64,000 nt of DNA from a virus, in IMG/VR virus record IMGVR_UViG_3300028840_004314, positions 1-64,000 of that record; one strand, 5' to 3'. The translations under genes were made by a program, and so were the position numbers. Positions 25,878 to 35,682 of this stretch are shown here, piece by piece. The notes beneath the pieces are model-generated. The model saw nothing but the letters and a program-made list of their open reading frames with translations, searched no databases and had not been told where the DNA came from. How positions within the stretch are numbered: the stretch's first letter is position 1; every line of letters begins with the position of its first letter.

Positions 25878-26560
25878 TATTTGATATTGTAGATCGTATA
25901 ATCAATGAGATCTCCTATCGTGGTACGGTACGAAAACAGAGATCCATTAACAGGCTGTTTCCTGATTTTGACGACAAGGTCCAGGGAGTAAGAAGCCGTG
26001 GTGGATTACGTCTCCAGGGACAGGACGAGAATACCTGGTACTTCAAGATCCATTCCGGTACCAAAGACAACGTTTGGTATGATGGTGTATTGGAGTGGTT
26101 GGATACACTGGATGTACTCCAAGAACAGGTATTCAATCGCCGCCTATGGGTGAAGGACAAAACACGGGTGGATCGTCGGCGGTTGGCCAAGGAGGTTTTG
26201 TACACGGCCAACATACGCTGGTTTTGTAGCTGTCCGGCCTTTCAGTATTGGGGCCCCTCGTACATCCTCAGTCTTTCCAGATACGATGGGAAGTACGGGG
26301 ATAGGGAAACCAGGCCACCTCGTATCAGGAACCCGCGGCAGTATGGTGCGGTGTGTAAACACCTGCAGAACCTAATCAACGTTCTGCCATTTTATGAATC
26401 CGATGTGGCTCGGTGGCTGACTGATTACTATGACGATGTAATACAGGAGTTGGAGTTGGCAGCCAGGGAGAACTACGGATGGATCCAAGCTGGGGCGGAG
26501 GAGCTTGGTAGACGTCAAGAGGAGCAAGAAGTAGAACAGGAAACGGAAAGGGAAGGATAA
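25874..26560 (+). CDS. SWIM-type zinc-finger protein
   Basis: CSCPAF...VCKHL; leader MIFDIVDRIINE. Confidence 0.7.
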   Translation: MIFDIVDRIINEISYRGTVRKQRSINRLFPDFDDKVQGVRSRGGLRLQGQDENTWYFKIHSGTKDNVWYDGVLEWLDTLDVLQEQVFNRRLWVKDKTRVDRRRLAKEVLYTANIRWFCSCPAFQYWGPSYILSLSRYDGKYGDRETRPPRIRNPRQYGAVCKHLQNLINVLPFYESDVARWLTDYYDDVIQELELAARENYGWIQAGAEELGRRQEEQEVEQETEREG

Positions 26561-26754
26561 TGAGTAGAATGGGGTGTCCACGTCGTGGTAGACTGTTGTT
26601 GGAATGTCAGGAGGACTTCAGTCGACGCATCGACGAGGAGGAAAGGATGTTACTTATGGAGACGGAGGGACTTAGTCGTGAATTCCTCCGGACAGTGAAT
26701 GGAGACGGGGTGAGTTGGAAAGGGTCCCAGTTCAGAATAAAGAGGCCGAAGTGA
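26560..26754 (+). CDS. Small hypothetical protein
   Basis: Coupled on both sides (TAATG, TGATG). Confidence 0.5.
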   Translation: MSRMGCPRRGRLLLECQEDFSRRIDEEERMLLMETEGLSREFLRTVNGDGVSWKGSQFRIKRPK

Positions 26755-27641
26755 TGTTTGATCTGATTGAAAATATCGAGAACTACGACGTGGTGAACGA
26801 GACTACCACCGAGGACAACGTGTCTTTTGTACCGGCACAAATGGGAGTAGTACAACACAGGTTGAAATCCTTGTCCAAGAAGAAAACCGATTGGAACCTG
26901 GAGGTCCTGGAGGACATGAACAAGCGGGCCGTGATGTTTGAAGATCAAATGGCCTTCATTGTCCCCGATGAACATTGGTCTGTGTTCCAGTCCATTTTTG
27001 GATCGGAGGATTTGAAGACGGGTAGTGTAGTAAACCTTCAACGATTCTTGAACGAATCCATGGAGGATGAGCTGGAAACCTTGAACAATGAGGTCCGTCC
27101 GGCTATAATTAATCTATATGAGTCATCTATTTTTGATGCGGCCGACGCGAATATACGAAGATGGATGGCTTTTTTCAAGAGAAGCGACCACGTTCCACAA
27201 TCGGATGTGCTTGTTTCTTTCATCGACAAGCAAAAACAGTTGGCGGCCGTTATTACTGGTCTGAAGAAAGCCTACGGAGGGGAGAAGGGCAGTTTGGAGA
27301 TGCTGCTGGATGCTTTGGAACAAAAGGATCCTTTGTCCACGTTTGAGATATTCAAACGCCGCACCTATTTGTATGGGGCCAAAGTATCCAGTTTTTATGA
27401 AGGCGTCCAATTGTATTTTGTATCAACGATTGATCCAACGTACACTTTACAGGAAAAGGTGGTCATAAGGTCGGAAGGAGTCGCCGAAGAGTTAACAGTA
27501 GACATGGGAAACGTTAGAGTTGTGCGTGATACTATCTATCCGATAGGGGAACAGTTCAGCTCTAGCTTCTTTAACCTCCTACGTACAGCCTTGGATGACT
27601 ACACCACGGATGCTGTGGCCTCAATGGACGAGGAGAGTTAG
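26754..27641 (+). CDS. Acidic hypothetical protein
   Basis: Leader MFDLIENIE..VVNE; internal FLNE-S. Confidence 0.7.
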   Translation: MFDLIENIENYDVVNETTTEDNVSFVPAQMGVVQHRLKSLSKKKTDWNLEVLEDMNKRAVMFEDQMAFIVPDEHWSVFQSIFGSEDLKTGSVVNLQRFLNESMEDELETLNNEVRPAIINLYESSIFDAADANIRRWMAFFKRSDHVPQSDVLVSFIDKQKQLAAVITGLKKAYGGEKGSLEMLLDALEQKDPLSTFEIFKRRTYLYGAKVSSFYEGVQLYFVSTIDPTYTLQEKVVIRSEGVAEELTVDMGNVRVVRDTIYPIGEQFSSSFFNLLRTALDDYTTDAVASMDEES

Positions 27642-27675
27642 AAATCCACGAGTGTTTAACAATCAGGAGTAAACG

Positions 27676-28119
27676 ATGAACGTCACAAAGAGAATTTTGG
27701 AAGCCAAGGAGATTTCTTTGTTCAAGAAACTTCTAACTGTTATGGGGGATTACTGTGTATCCTTCCCTGCCACAGGTGTTGACAGATTGTTAGACGCCGT
27801 GATGGCGGCTGGGAAGAAGGTTCTTCCCTCGGACAAAAGAGCCCAGGCCATTCTGAACCACGTTTTGGATCAGGATTCGTGTGCGGCCGCCGTTCAGTGT
27901 CTGCTCAACAAACGGTTTTCCGATCTTCCGGCGGACATTCGCCCCATTGCCAAGATAAGGCGAAGACATGAAGTGGTCGTATGGAACCGCGGCGGTACCA
28001 TTTACGACAAGATCCAAGGATTGATCAACTGGGAGGGTGGAAGTGGATCGGGTAACTGGTCCACCGTGGAAGGAGACAAGGCCACATTACTGGATACGGA
28101 ACAACCCGAGGACGAGTAA
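27676..28119 (+). CDS. Hypothetical protein
   Basis: AGGAG RBS; leader MNVTKRILE-A. Confidence 0.7.
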   Translation: MNVTKRILEAKEISLFKKLLTVMGDYCVSFPATGVDRLLDAVMAAGKKVLPSDKRAQAILNHVLDQDSCAAAVQCLLNKRFSDLPADIRPIAKIRRRHEVVVWNRGGTIYDKIQGLINWEGGSGSGNWSTVEGDKATLLDTEQPEDE

Positions 28120-28123
28120 ACCG

Positions 28124-28675
28124 ATGAGTGGTGTACAAGTAGATTTTAGTGACCTTCTTACGACGATCCAAGAATTAGAGGAACGGGTCATCTCCGAAAA
28201 GACCTCCGTACCTTCGGAGTTTTCCTACGATCCTATCATAAAGGCTTTTTGGGATCGAATCGTAAAGGAGGAGAGGGAGGCCAAGAACATACGTTTTGAC
28301 ATGGAAAACGACGATCCCATAGGAAAACCTAAGAAGGTTACTTTGGATATGAATTATCCAAATGGTGATCCAGTGGCCTTTCTAGCTCAGTTGTATAGTG
28401 CTGGTGGTGATTGGCAGAACTCCGTGGGCTACTTTCGTTGTCAGGATAGGCACAGGTACTTCATTGTTATTCCAGGACCGGAGGTCAACAAAAATCTGAG
28501 GAAGGACGAGGAAGGTTACTCCGTCAGTGATAACAACGAGGAGGACGGGGAGATGGTAACTGATATGGAGAAGGAACTTTGGGAAGCCATGAAACAAGAG
28601 GTGGCAGAGCGTTTTACAAAACACGTTAACGCAGACGACCATGACACGGAACCGGAGCGTGTATTTTACAATTAG
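28124..28675 (+). CDS. Acidic hypothetical protein
   Basis: Leader DLLTTIQELEERVISE. Confidence 0.7.
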   Translation: MSGVQVDFSDLLTTIQELEERVISEKTSVPSEFSYDPIIKAFWDRIVKEEREAKNIRFDMENDDPIGKPKKVTLDMNYPNGDPVAFLAQLYSAGGDWQNSVGYFRCQDRHRYFIVIPGPEVNKNLRKDEEGYSVSDNNEEDGEMVTDMEKELWEAMKQEVAERFTKHVNADDHDTEPERVFYN

Positions 28676-28684
28676 GAGCCTGAA

Positions 28685-29809
28685 ATGATTAACGAACTCT
28701 ATGACATCCTGGAGAGTATGGAGCCTTGTTGGGAGAAGGCCCCCACCATACCGGAACAACCTGTTGTCCAGAATCCTGGTGTTAACGATAAGGAGCCGGA
28801 ACTGGACAAGGAGGATGACACTGTGGTGGATCCTGAAAAGGTACATCCTGATAAGGAACCCAGTGGGATGGAACCTGTTTCTGGTAAGGAGACTGAACAG
28901 GATGTGAAGGAGTCTGAGAAGCCGGAGTACGATTTGGAGGGGGCCAAGGAAGCCATTGATTACGCCCAGTCTCTTATCGCCTCCGCGGAGAGTCCGGACC
29001 GGGACGCCGTGATACGCTCCGTCCAAGAAGAGTACGACCTCAGCCCACAGGAGGCCTCCATCGTTGTTGACCAAGCCAGGAAGGGTATGCTGGAGAAAGG
29101 AACCTTAAAGCTACCCGATAGTTTGGATCCGCTTCGTCTCTGTGACGACTGTTGCTGCACCTTCCGATCCAAGACAAGGGAGTGTACAGAGTGCCAGTCC
29201 AAGAATACCTTTTCTCTGTTGGAAAACGAGGAGGACATCCAGGCCGACCTGGACGACATCACCGACGAGGTAGCCATGCAGGTCCTGGATACAGGTGGAA
29301 CTATTCATCCTGGCAAACTGAAGAATCTGAGACTCCAGGTCGAAGAGTTTTTGAAGGGTATCGGTTACGACATTGACAAGCACAACCCAGAGGACGTGAT
29401 TCAGGCCATCGTCAATACCCTTCACACCTACGAAAGTAAGGTGACTGAGAAGTCGGAGGACGTTGAAGACGCCCTTACTGACATTGTGATCGATGTTGGT
29501 ATGGAGATTGGAGGCGATCCGGAGGACCTGAAAGCCAAAGTCAAGTCCTTCTTGGATCACATGGACTTTTCCTACGACAAGGACGACGTGGGAGAAGTGA
29601 CTCAGGCCATTATCTCCACCCTGAAGACCTATCAGGAGTCCAGGGCCAAGAAGTTAAAGGAGCAAGACATGACCCCGCATCTTCGGGTAGTGGCCAGAGG
29701 ACTCGAGGATCGGCGGGACGCCGAACAGATCGCCCAGTCCAAAAATGGACGGGTCGCCACGGATGATAGGGACGAAGAGAAATTCATGGTTGTTGTGGAT
29801 GCTTCCTAA
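28685..29809 (+). CDS. Multi-domain acidic protein with a Zn ribbon and a duplicated helical domain
   Basis: Leader MINELYDILE-S; CDDC...CTEC; two copies of ED....L.DI...V.M...FL....D..DK.....V.QAI..TL.TY. Confidence 0.75.
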   Translation: MINELYDILESMEPCWEKAPTIPEQPVVQNPGVNDKEPELDKEDDTVVDPEKVHPDKEPSGMEPVSGKETEQDVKESEKPEYDLEGAKEAIDYAQSLIASAESPDRDAVIRSVQEEYDLSPQEASIVVDQARKGMLEKGTLKLPDSLDPLRLCDDCCCTFRSKTRECTECQSKNTFSLLENEEDIQADLDDITDEVAMQVLDTGGTIHPGKLKNLRLQVEEFLKGIGYDIDKHNPEDVIQAIVNTLHTYESKVTEKSEDVEDALTDIVIDVGMEIGGDPEDLKAKVKSFLDHMDFSYDKDDVGEVTQAIISTLKTYQESRAKKLKEQDMTPHLRVVARGLEDRRDAEQIAQSKNGRVATDDRDEEKFMVVVDAS

Positions 29810-30768
29810 TGATTTTTGAAGACCTACTCCAAAGTGTAGAAGAGGCGGGGTACATACTCCGTAAGGTGAAGGCCCCTTCTCGTCGGTGGATTTGGGAGTC
29901 CGTGGTGGACTACCCCAAGCCAGCCCTTCCCACTATTTGGAGGAAGGAAGGGGAAAAGTGGATTCTACGTGAAGAGGTTAGGGCCCAGATCAATGAGATC
30001 CTGGACACCTATCCGAAGTTTGATCTACTTCAAATAGGGGATCAGATCCACATCACTGGATCCATCGGTACTAACCAGTACACTCCGGATGCTGACATCG
30101 ATGTACATATTGTAGTCGATCCAGGAATGTTCGGGGACCCAGAAGGGATACAACGAGAGGTGTTCAAGTTCTTCATAGATGCGGACAACCGAATCGAAGG
30201 ACACCCCGTGGAAGTGTATCTCCAGTACAACCCTGCTCAAGAAATGTTGTCGGATGCTGTATACGACTACAGGTCCGAGGAATGGGTGGTAGGACCTAAA
30301 CTCGTAGACCCCTCTTATGACCCCCAGGAGGACTTTTCGGGCGTCCTGGCTGATGTCAGGGCCCAGGCCAGCCGGGCGGACCTAGGGATCGGTGAGCTAC
30401 GTAGGGACATCGTGGATTATGAGACAATCCAGCAGGCCATTGAGGGCCTACCAAGTAGGGAACAGAAGATACTCCTCACGAAGTTACAGGGGAAGTTGGT
30501 GGAGATACAACAGGATATTGATACCCTGTTGGACTTAAAGAAGGGTTGGGGTTTGATGCGACGGAAGTCCTCCATTCCAAAGGATGAAACGGAGGCCCTT
30601 CAAAGTGTAGACCTGGCCAAGAGTTGGAGAGACGCGAATTTTACGTTCAAGATGTTGAACAGATACAAGTACATGCGGGTGATCGCTCTGTTGGATGGAA
30701 TTGTAACGGGTAAAACGCTGGACGATGAAACCTTGGACACCATTAAGTCGGTTACAGGAATAGTGTAA
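29809..30768 (+). CDS. Nucleotidyltransferase (Pol-beta superfamily)
   Basis: ITGSIG......ADIDVHIVVD (GS plus DxD), then PVEVY; helical C-terminus. Confidence 0.8.
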   Translation: MIFEDLLQSVEEAGYILRKVKAPSRRWIWESVVDYPKPALPTIWRKEGEKWILREEVRAQINEILDTYPKFDLLQIGDQIHITGSIGTNQYTPDADIDVHIVVDPGMFGDPEGIQREVFKFFIDADNRIEGHPVEVYLQYNPAQEMLSDAVYDYRSEEWVVGPKLVDPSYDPQEDFSGVLADVRAQASRADLGIGELRRDIVDYETIQQAIEGLPSREQKILLTKLQGKLVEIQQDIDTLLDLKKGWGLMRRKSSIPKDETEALQSVDLAKSWRDANFTFKMLNRYKYMRVIALLDGIVTGKTLDDETLDTIKSVTGIV

Positions 30769-31142
30769 TGAGAAAAATCAACGAGTCCATGTACATCTAC
30801 AGCCAGGACGAGTTAGGTCAGCTTCCCAACTTGTCTTTGAAAAAGAACATTCAGGATTTTTCTCTGTCTGATTTAACGAGGGCCCTTGGACCCGCCAGTT
30901 GGGAGTATGATCCGGCTTCAGGTGTATCGGAGTTACAGGATTACATCTGGGTTGGGAATTTGGATGGAGAAGATTTTATCATCGCCAACCATGGCACTGG
31001 TCCGGCGTACAAGGCCAGTGATGAAGAGTTGGATCCTGAATTTGAAGACTGGTGGTTCGGCGGAAAAGCCGATCCTGAAAAAGTAAAGGAGTACATCCAA
31101 CTGGAGTTGTCGTACAAAGAGATGTTTGGTGAGTACCAATAA
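30768..31142 (+). CDS. Small acidic hypothetical protein
   Basis: MRKINE-S start; coupled. Confidence 0.65.
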   Translation: MRKINESMYIYSQDELGQLPNLSLKKNIQDFSLSDLTRALGPASWEYDPASGVSELQDYIWVGNLDGEDFIIANHGTGPAYKASDEELDPEFEDWWFGGKADPEKVKEYIQLELSYKEMFGEYQ

Positions 31143-31618
31143 TGTCGAAGTTAATCCCAAGGTCCACGATAGATGCGTTGCGACAAAACGTTGTTGTCGC
31201 ACTCGATATGACAGGCATCGACTGTGACCTATACATCCCGAACAATAGTGAGTCAGTAGAATCCGAGGATGCCTACGCCACCCCCGCCTCGTACACGTAC
31301 ACTCACTACACGACGGATGTTTTCATTGAATGGTCGCCTAACACACATCGTTTACGGGCCTTGGGTTTGTTTACAGATGATACAAACCCAATTATCTGTA
31401 AATTCCCTCACAAGGGCGTGAACGACTCGGGTGTGACAGTTGCAATGGATCCGCTGATTAACAGTTATTTCAGTATCGATCCGGAGTATGTTCCATCCAA
31501 CTTTTCCGGGTTCGATGAATTTCTGATAGTAGATATTCAAATACCGGCGATGCATGATGCCGCCATTGTGAAGTATTACAAGGTGGTGCCAAGAAGAAAA
31601 GAAACGTCTAGTGGATAG
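31142..31618 (+). CDS. Putative head-closure/neck protein (gp14-like position)
   Basis: GIDCDLY, LRALGLF; lies ahead of the tail terminator and sheath. Confidence 0.45.
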   Translation: MSKLIPRSTIDALRQNVVVALDMTGIDCDLYIPNNSESVESEDAYATPASYTYTHYTTDVFIEWSPNTHRLRALGLFTDDTNPIICKFPHKGVNDSGVTVAMDPLINSYFSIDPEYVPSNFSGFDEFLIVDIQIPAMHDAAIVKYYKVVPRRKETSSG

Positions 31619-31627
31619 AGGTGTAAC

Positions 31628-31834
31628 ATGAGAGTAAACAGTATCAAAAACACAGGACATAGTCCAGTAACTGTGGAGTTGAAAGAGGGTGGAACTGTTC
31701 AGCTTCCAGTTGGGTGTGAACTCCAAGGAGTGGAAGTGAAAGGTCCTGGTTCCATAAAGGGAGAACATGAAGCCATTTACGACTGTAGTGATGTACGGGA
31801 ATCCGGTCATGGACTTCAGAGATTGGACGGGTAA
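31628..31834 (+). CDS. Small hypothetical protein
   Basis: GAGGTG RBS. Confidence 0.55.
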   Translation: MRVNSIKNTGHSPVTVELKEGGTVQLPVGCELQGVEVKGPGSIKGEHEAIYDCSDVRESGHGLQRLDG

Positions 31835-31835
31835 C

Positions 31836-32108
31836 ATGCAGTATGATCCACAATTGGTGACGGCTACTACCCAAGGTTGTGTGGAGGCCTGGTGCCAATA
31901 CCAGGAAGCTCATAGGAATGTGTTGGATCAGCTGGATGAGATGGGAGTTTGTTCTTGTCCAAACTGTGCTGCCATTCCAAATTGGTCTCTGGAAGGGTTT
32001 ATTGAAAATTGGATGAACCTGTATGTACTAGGAAACGATCCAGTTTTCCGACAAACTGTGATGACTGCCGTGATACAACACTTGGCCGGGCGACACAAAG
32101 GTAAATAG
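31836..32108 (+). CDS. Small hypothetical protein
   Basis: CSCPNC; fills the gap between genes. Confidence 0.5.
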   Translation: MQYDPQLVTATTQGCVEAWCQYQEAHRNVLDQLDEMGVCSCPNCAAIPNWSLEGFIENWMNLYVLGNDPVFRQTVMTAVIQHLAGRHKGK

Positions 32109-32110
32109 TA

Positions 32111-32827
32111 ATGGCCTCTTTTATCAAAACAATTGATTTGGCAGCAAGATCCGCGTTATACTCTAAGTTCAGGAGTATAATGGGACTTACTTCCATCAAT
32201 GAGGGAGTAGTGTACTTTCCGAAGGAAGTCGCCTTTCGAGAACTGTCGGAAAAGAAAGGGGCCCAGCTGACGGAGTTCGTTAATCTATGGAGGAGTAAAA
32301 CAGGACCGTCGTGGGATAGAATGAGAACTCCCGCGGCCAGGCGTGGCATGAACATGGCGTATGTCAGTGGAACCACCAATGAGATAACGCGTGTAACAGC
32401 TATGCCAATCGACTTGGGGTATGATGTTTGGTTCTGGACACTGGATTTGGATATTCTGAATCAGGTGAGTGAAACGTATTTGTTGTGGCAACACGCGAAT
32501 CCGTACATGTCTCTAACGTACGCGGATTCCTTTCCTATGGAATTGGATCTACACTTTGGAGACATGGTGTATGAGGGTACACAACAGAACATGTACAATG
32601 AAGGTGAACACCACATACTACATGTTCCACTGCGGGTTGATGGTTGGATACCATCTTCGAGTACATCGAAGTTGATCGAAACCATCATTATGCGTATTTG
32701 GGATGAAGATGATCTGGAGTCCCCCTACGAGGAAGTTATACCCTCCACTGGGGACAATTATGATGCGGAAGTAGCCGCCCGGTTGATCTTGTCTACCAGG
32801 ACAATTACTTCAACGTCAATAACATAA
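32111..32827 (+). CDS. Tail terminator/sheath stabiliser (gp15-like)
   Basis: PIDLGYDVWFW...LNQ..E, LRVDGW; directly upstream of the sheath. Confidence 0.65.
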   Translation: MASFIKTIDLAARSALYSKFRSIMGLTSINEGVVYFPKEVAFRELSEKKGAQLTEFVNLWRSKTGPSWDRMRTPAARRGMNMAYVSGTTNEITRVTAMPIDLGYDVWFWTLDLDILNQVSETYLLWQHANPYMSLTYADSFPMELDLHFGDMVYEGTQQNMYNEGEHHILHVPLRVDGWIPSSSTSKLIETIIMRIWDEDDLESPYEEVIPSTGDNYDAEVAARLILSTRTITSTSIT

Positions 32828-32860
32828 GTAGTTAATCCTTAGTAAGTAGGAGAAAACAAA

Positions 32861-34510
32861 ATGGCCTTCTATTTGTCACCGGGTGTGTATACCAAAGAAA
32901 CAGATCTGTCGACTCTCGTTCCTCGTATCGCAACCACCACAGCAGGGTTGGTCGGGTACTCCAAACGTGGTACGACCGACACTAATCTCATCACCTCCGC
33001 TCAGGACTTTGTTGCTGAGTATGGGGAGCCGGAAGTGGGTACCTATTTCCACTACACGGCCCTGGCCTACTTGGAGCAGGGCACACAACTCTACTGCAAG
33101 CGCGTTATCAACGGGGCCCTGTTTGGTGGTATGCATGTTGTCCAGTCTGGGGCCTCCGGCAATAACGTGGCCTTTGACACAGGACAGTCCACCGCGGCTT
33201 TTTACAATCAGTCGGGATTGTCGGATGAGCTGTTCAGTATCGTCGCCGCCAACCAAGGGGCCTGGGGCAATTCCATCTCCTGTATCATCAAGAATGTGCA
33301 GGGGGCCGTCTCCGAGGTGACCGAGCAGTACACGTTTGAGATCGATGTCTATTGGACGGACTCGGATGGGAATTCATCCAGGGTGGAGAACTGGAAGGTG
33401 TCCAGGAAGACAAAGCTGGATGGCAATGGGAAACAGTTGTACTTGGAATCCAGGATCAACGGATACAGCAAGTACATCAAAGTCTACGACAACACCGGAT
33501 TGGCCGACACAGTGGTTCCCAAGACCAACGCGACGGCTGTATCCTTGGCAGGTGGGTCCGATGGTAGTGTTGCAACGGCCGCCCAGATCGCCGGCACGGC
33601 CTCGGCCTCCTCTGGTTGGTACGCCCTCCAGAATCCGGACGACGTGGACGTTCGTGTCCTCCTGGGAGGCGGTTTTACGTCCAGTCACAGTGCCAGTGAC
33701 ATCGTAACCATTCAAAGTGCCATGAAAACCGTGGCGGAAGCCAGAAAAGACTGCGTGGCCATTCTGGATGTACCATATTCGGAAACGGCGGACGTCGATG
33801 ACACTGTCACCTTCCGAAGTACTACCCAGGCCTTTGACAGTTCCTACTGTGCTCTGTACTCCCCCTGGGTGAAAATCAACGACAATTACAACGACCGCGT
33901 GGTTGATGTACCTCCGAGTGGGTACGTTGGGGCACAGTTGGCATACAACGATTACGTCAAGTATCCCTGGTTCGCCGCGGCTGGCCACAACCGAGGAAAA
34001 GTCAATTCCTTGTCATTGTCCAAGGTGTTTACGGAGGGTATGAGAAACACTATTCATGCCCAACAGATCAATCCGTTGCAGGTGTTCCGCGGTCGTGGTG
34101 TTCGTATTTGGGGAGAATTGACAGAACAGTCGAAATCGTCTGCCCTGTCTAGCCTGGCAGTCCGCCGAACGTTGATTATCATCGAGAAGTCCATCTCGGT
34201 GGTACTCCAGGACTTCGTGTTTGAGCCCAACAGTGAGCTAACCAGGTTCCGTATCGAACAAATCTGTACGGAGTACCTGAGTACTCTGTCGTCTCAAGGG
34301 GCCTTCCAAACGGAGGCCGGCGATGATGGGTTCACTGTGGTCTGTAATACCACAAACAATACGCCTGCGGTGATTGATGCCCACGAGCTTCATGTGGATA
34401 TCTTTGTGAAACCCTCCAGGGCCGCCTATTACATCCAGCTGCAGACGATCATCACTACGTCGGGAACCTCGTTCAACGAGCTGGTGGCACGTGGGGCCTT
34501 GTTCCAGTAA
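32861..34510 (+). CDS. Contractile tail sheath protein (gp18-like)
   Basis: YLSPGVYTKETDLS, PPSG, PWFAAAG.NRG, INP, IWG, VRR, FVFEPN. Confidence 0.97.
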   Translation: MAFYLSPGVYTKETDLSTLVPRIATTTAGLVGYSKRGTTDTNLITSAQDFVAEYGEPEVGTYFHYTALAYLEQGTQLYCKRVINGALFGGMHVVQSGASGNNVAFDTGQSTAAFYNQSGLSDELFSIVAANQGAWGNSISCIIKNVQGAVSEVTEQYTFEIDVYWTDSDGNSSRVENWKVSRKTKLDGNGKQLYLESRINGYSKYIKVYDNTGLADTVVPKTNATAVSLAGGSDGSVATAAQIAGTASASSGWYALQNPDDVDVRVLLGGGFTSSHSASDIVTIQSAMKTVAEARKDCVAILDVPYSETADVDDTVTFRSTTQAFDSSYCALYSPWVKINDNYNDRVVDVPPSGYVGAQLAYNDYVKYPWFAAAGHNRGKVNSLSLSKVFTEGMRNTIHAQQINPLQVFRGRGVRIWGELTEQSKSSALSSLAVRRTLIIIEKSISVVLQDFVFEPNSELTRFRIEQICTEYLSTLSSQGAFQTEAGDDGFTVVCNTTNNTPAVIDAHELHVDIFVKPSRAAYYIQLQTIITTSGTSFNELVARGALFQ

Positions 34511-34562
34511 TCTATAAGCCGATGACTTTTACCCTGACCGGTAGTTTATAGGAGACCTTATC

Positions 34563-35066
34563 ATGGCTTACATGTCAGTAGACTCATTAAGAAACAACCT
34601 AACCAATCCCGCTCGCGGGTATCTCTGGGAGGCCCTGATTCCGAATCCTCCCAGTGGTGACTCGGAGACCATGTTGCTGAGGTGTGTTTCCGCCAGCCTT
34701 CCTTCCAGGTCGTTTGGTGCCATCCTGATTCCGTTCAAACAGAGTGCAGGGGTGAAGTTTCCTGGGAAACTCACCTACGACCACATCATAGACCTCACCT
34801 TCTTGGAAGGGGAGGACAGGGCTATGTTCGATGCCTTCTATGAGTGGTGTAACACCATCGTCAATGACAAAACAGGCGTTGGTTCGGTGTCTGTCAAGAC
34901 GGACATCTATCTCCATCTGTTGAATACTGATGGGGAGGTGGCTTTGAAGATCCGTTTGGTGGGCTGTTACCCTGAACGTATGTCCGATGTTCCCCTGGAT
35001 ATGGGTTCCGAGGCGGAGATGCGGTTCACCATTGGATTCTCGTTTGATCGTTGGGAAAAGGGATAA
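34563..35066 (+). CDS. Tail tube protein (gp19-like)
   Basis: NPARGYLW, ASLP, KFPGK, GCYP, FSFDRW; follows the sheath. Confidence 0.9.
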   Translation: MAYMSVDSLRNNLTNPARGYLWEALIPNPPSGDSETMLLRCVSASLPSRSFGAILIPFKQSAGVKFPGKLTYDHIIDLTFLEGEDRAMFDAFYEWCNTIVNDKTGVGSVSVKTDIYLHLLNTDGEVALKIRLVGCYPERMSDVPLDMGSEAEMRFTIGFSFDRWEKG

Positions 35067-35668
35067 TGAGCCTTTTAGAGTTCCATGCCAACTATCCTCC
35101 AATTGTGCACGCCCAGAGGGCCTACAACTGGGAGGTTCTATTTCCGGATATCCGAGGCATACCCTTCATCGGTAACATTGAGGGGTATGCTGTGTCCAAA
35201 TTCTGCCAAAACGCTTCTTTTGGTCAGTATAACATTGGACAGACTACGGAAGTAAAGGAAGGTGTGGAACAGGCTTTCTTCGCGGACCTATTATCCTTGG
35301 AAACCGCTAGCTTCACCTTTATTTGTCCAGTTCCAGATAACGTGATGTTTTACTTCACGTCCTGGAAAAGCCTGATTGTGGATAAACGAGGTCATTACAG
35401 CCCAGCCAACAAGTACAAAAAGACCATCACAGTGATACTGTATGATAGGTCCGGCCTACCTTCCAACTTTATTCGGTTGGAGAAGGCGTTTCCTATCAAG
35501 TATCCCGCTTACAGTCTGACCTACGCCGGGGAGGAACTTGTAAGGTACGATGTGGATGTGAAATTTGACAAGATCAGTATGGGGACCACGGCTGTGGCCT
35601 CAGCTGTTGGAGGTATTATTGAGGGGGTGAATAGTGGAGTGCAGGCTATAACCGATGTAGTGTTTTAG
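35066..35668 (+). CDS. Second tube-fold protein (tube initiator, gp54-like)
   Basis: QRAYNWEV..., YKK.I.V.LYD..G, AFP, similar to the tube fold. Confidence 0.7.
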   Translation: MSLLEFHANYPPIVHAQRAYNWEVLFPDIRGIPFIGNIEGYAVSKFCQNASFGQYNIGQTTEVKEGVEQAFFADLLSLETASFTFICPVPDNVMFYFTSWKSLIVDKRGHYSPANKYKKTITVILYDRSGLPSNFIRLEKAFPIKYPAYSLTYAGEELVRYDVDVKFDKISMGTTAVASAVGGIIEGVNSGVQAITDVVF

Positions 35669-35682
35669 AAAGGAATAGAGAG

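Noticed and set aside
31836-32108. YQEAHRNV as an eleventh tag
   Set aside because: Lacks the [DE]-x-F-x-P half and the hydrophobic-x-E context; probably chance
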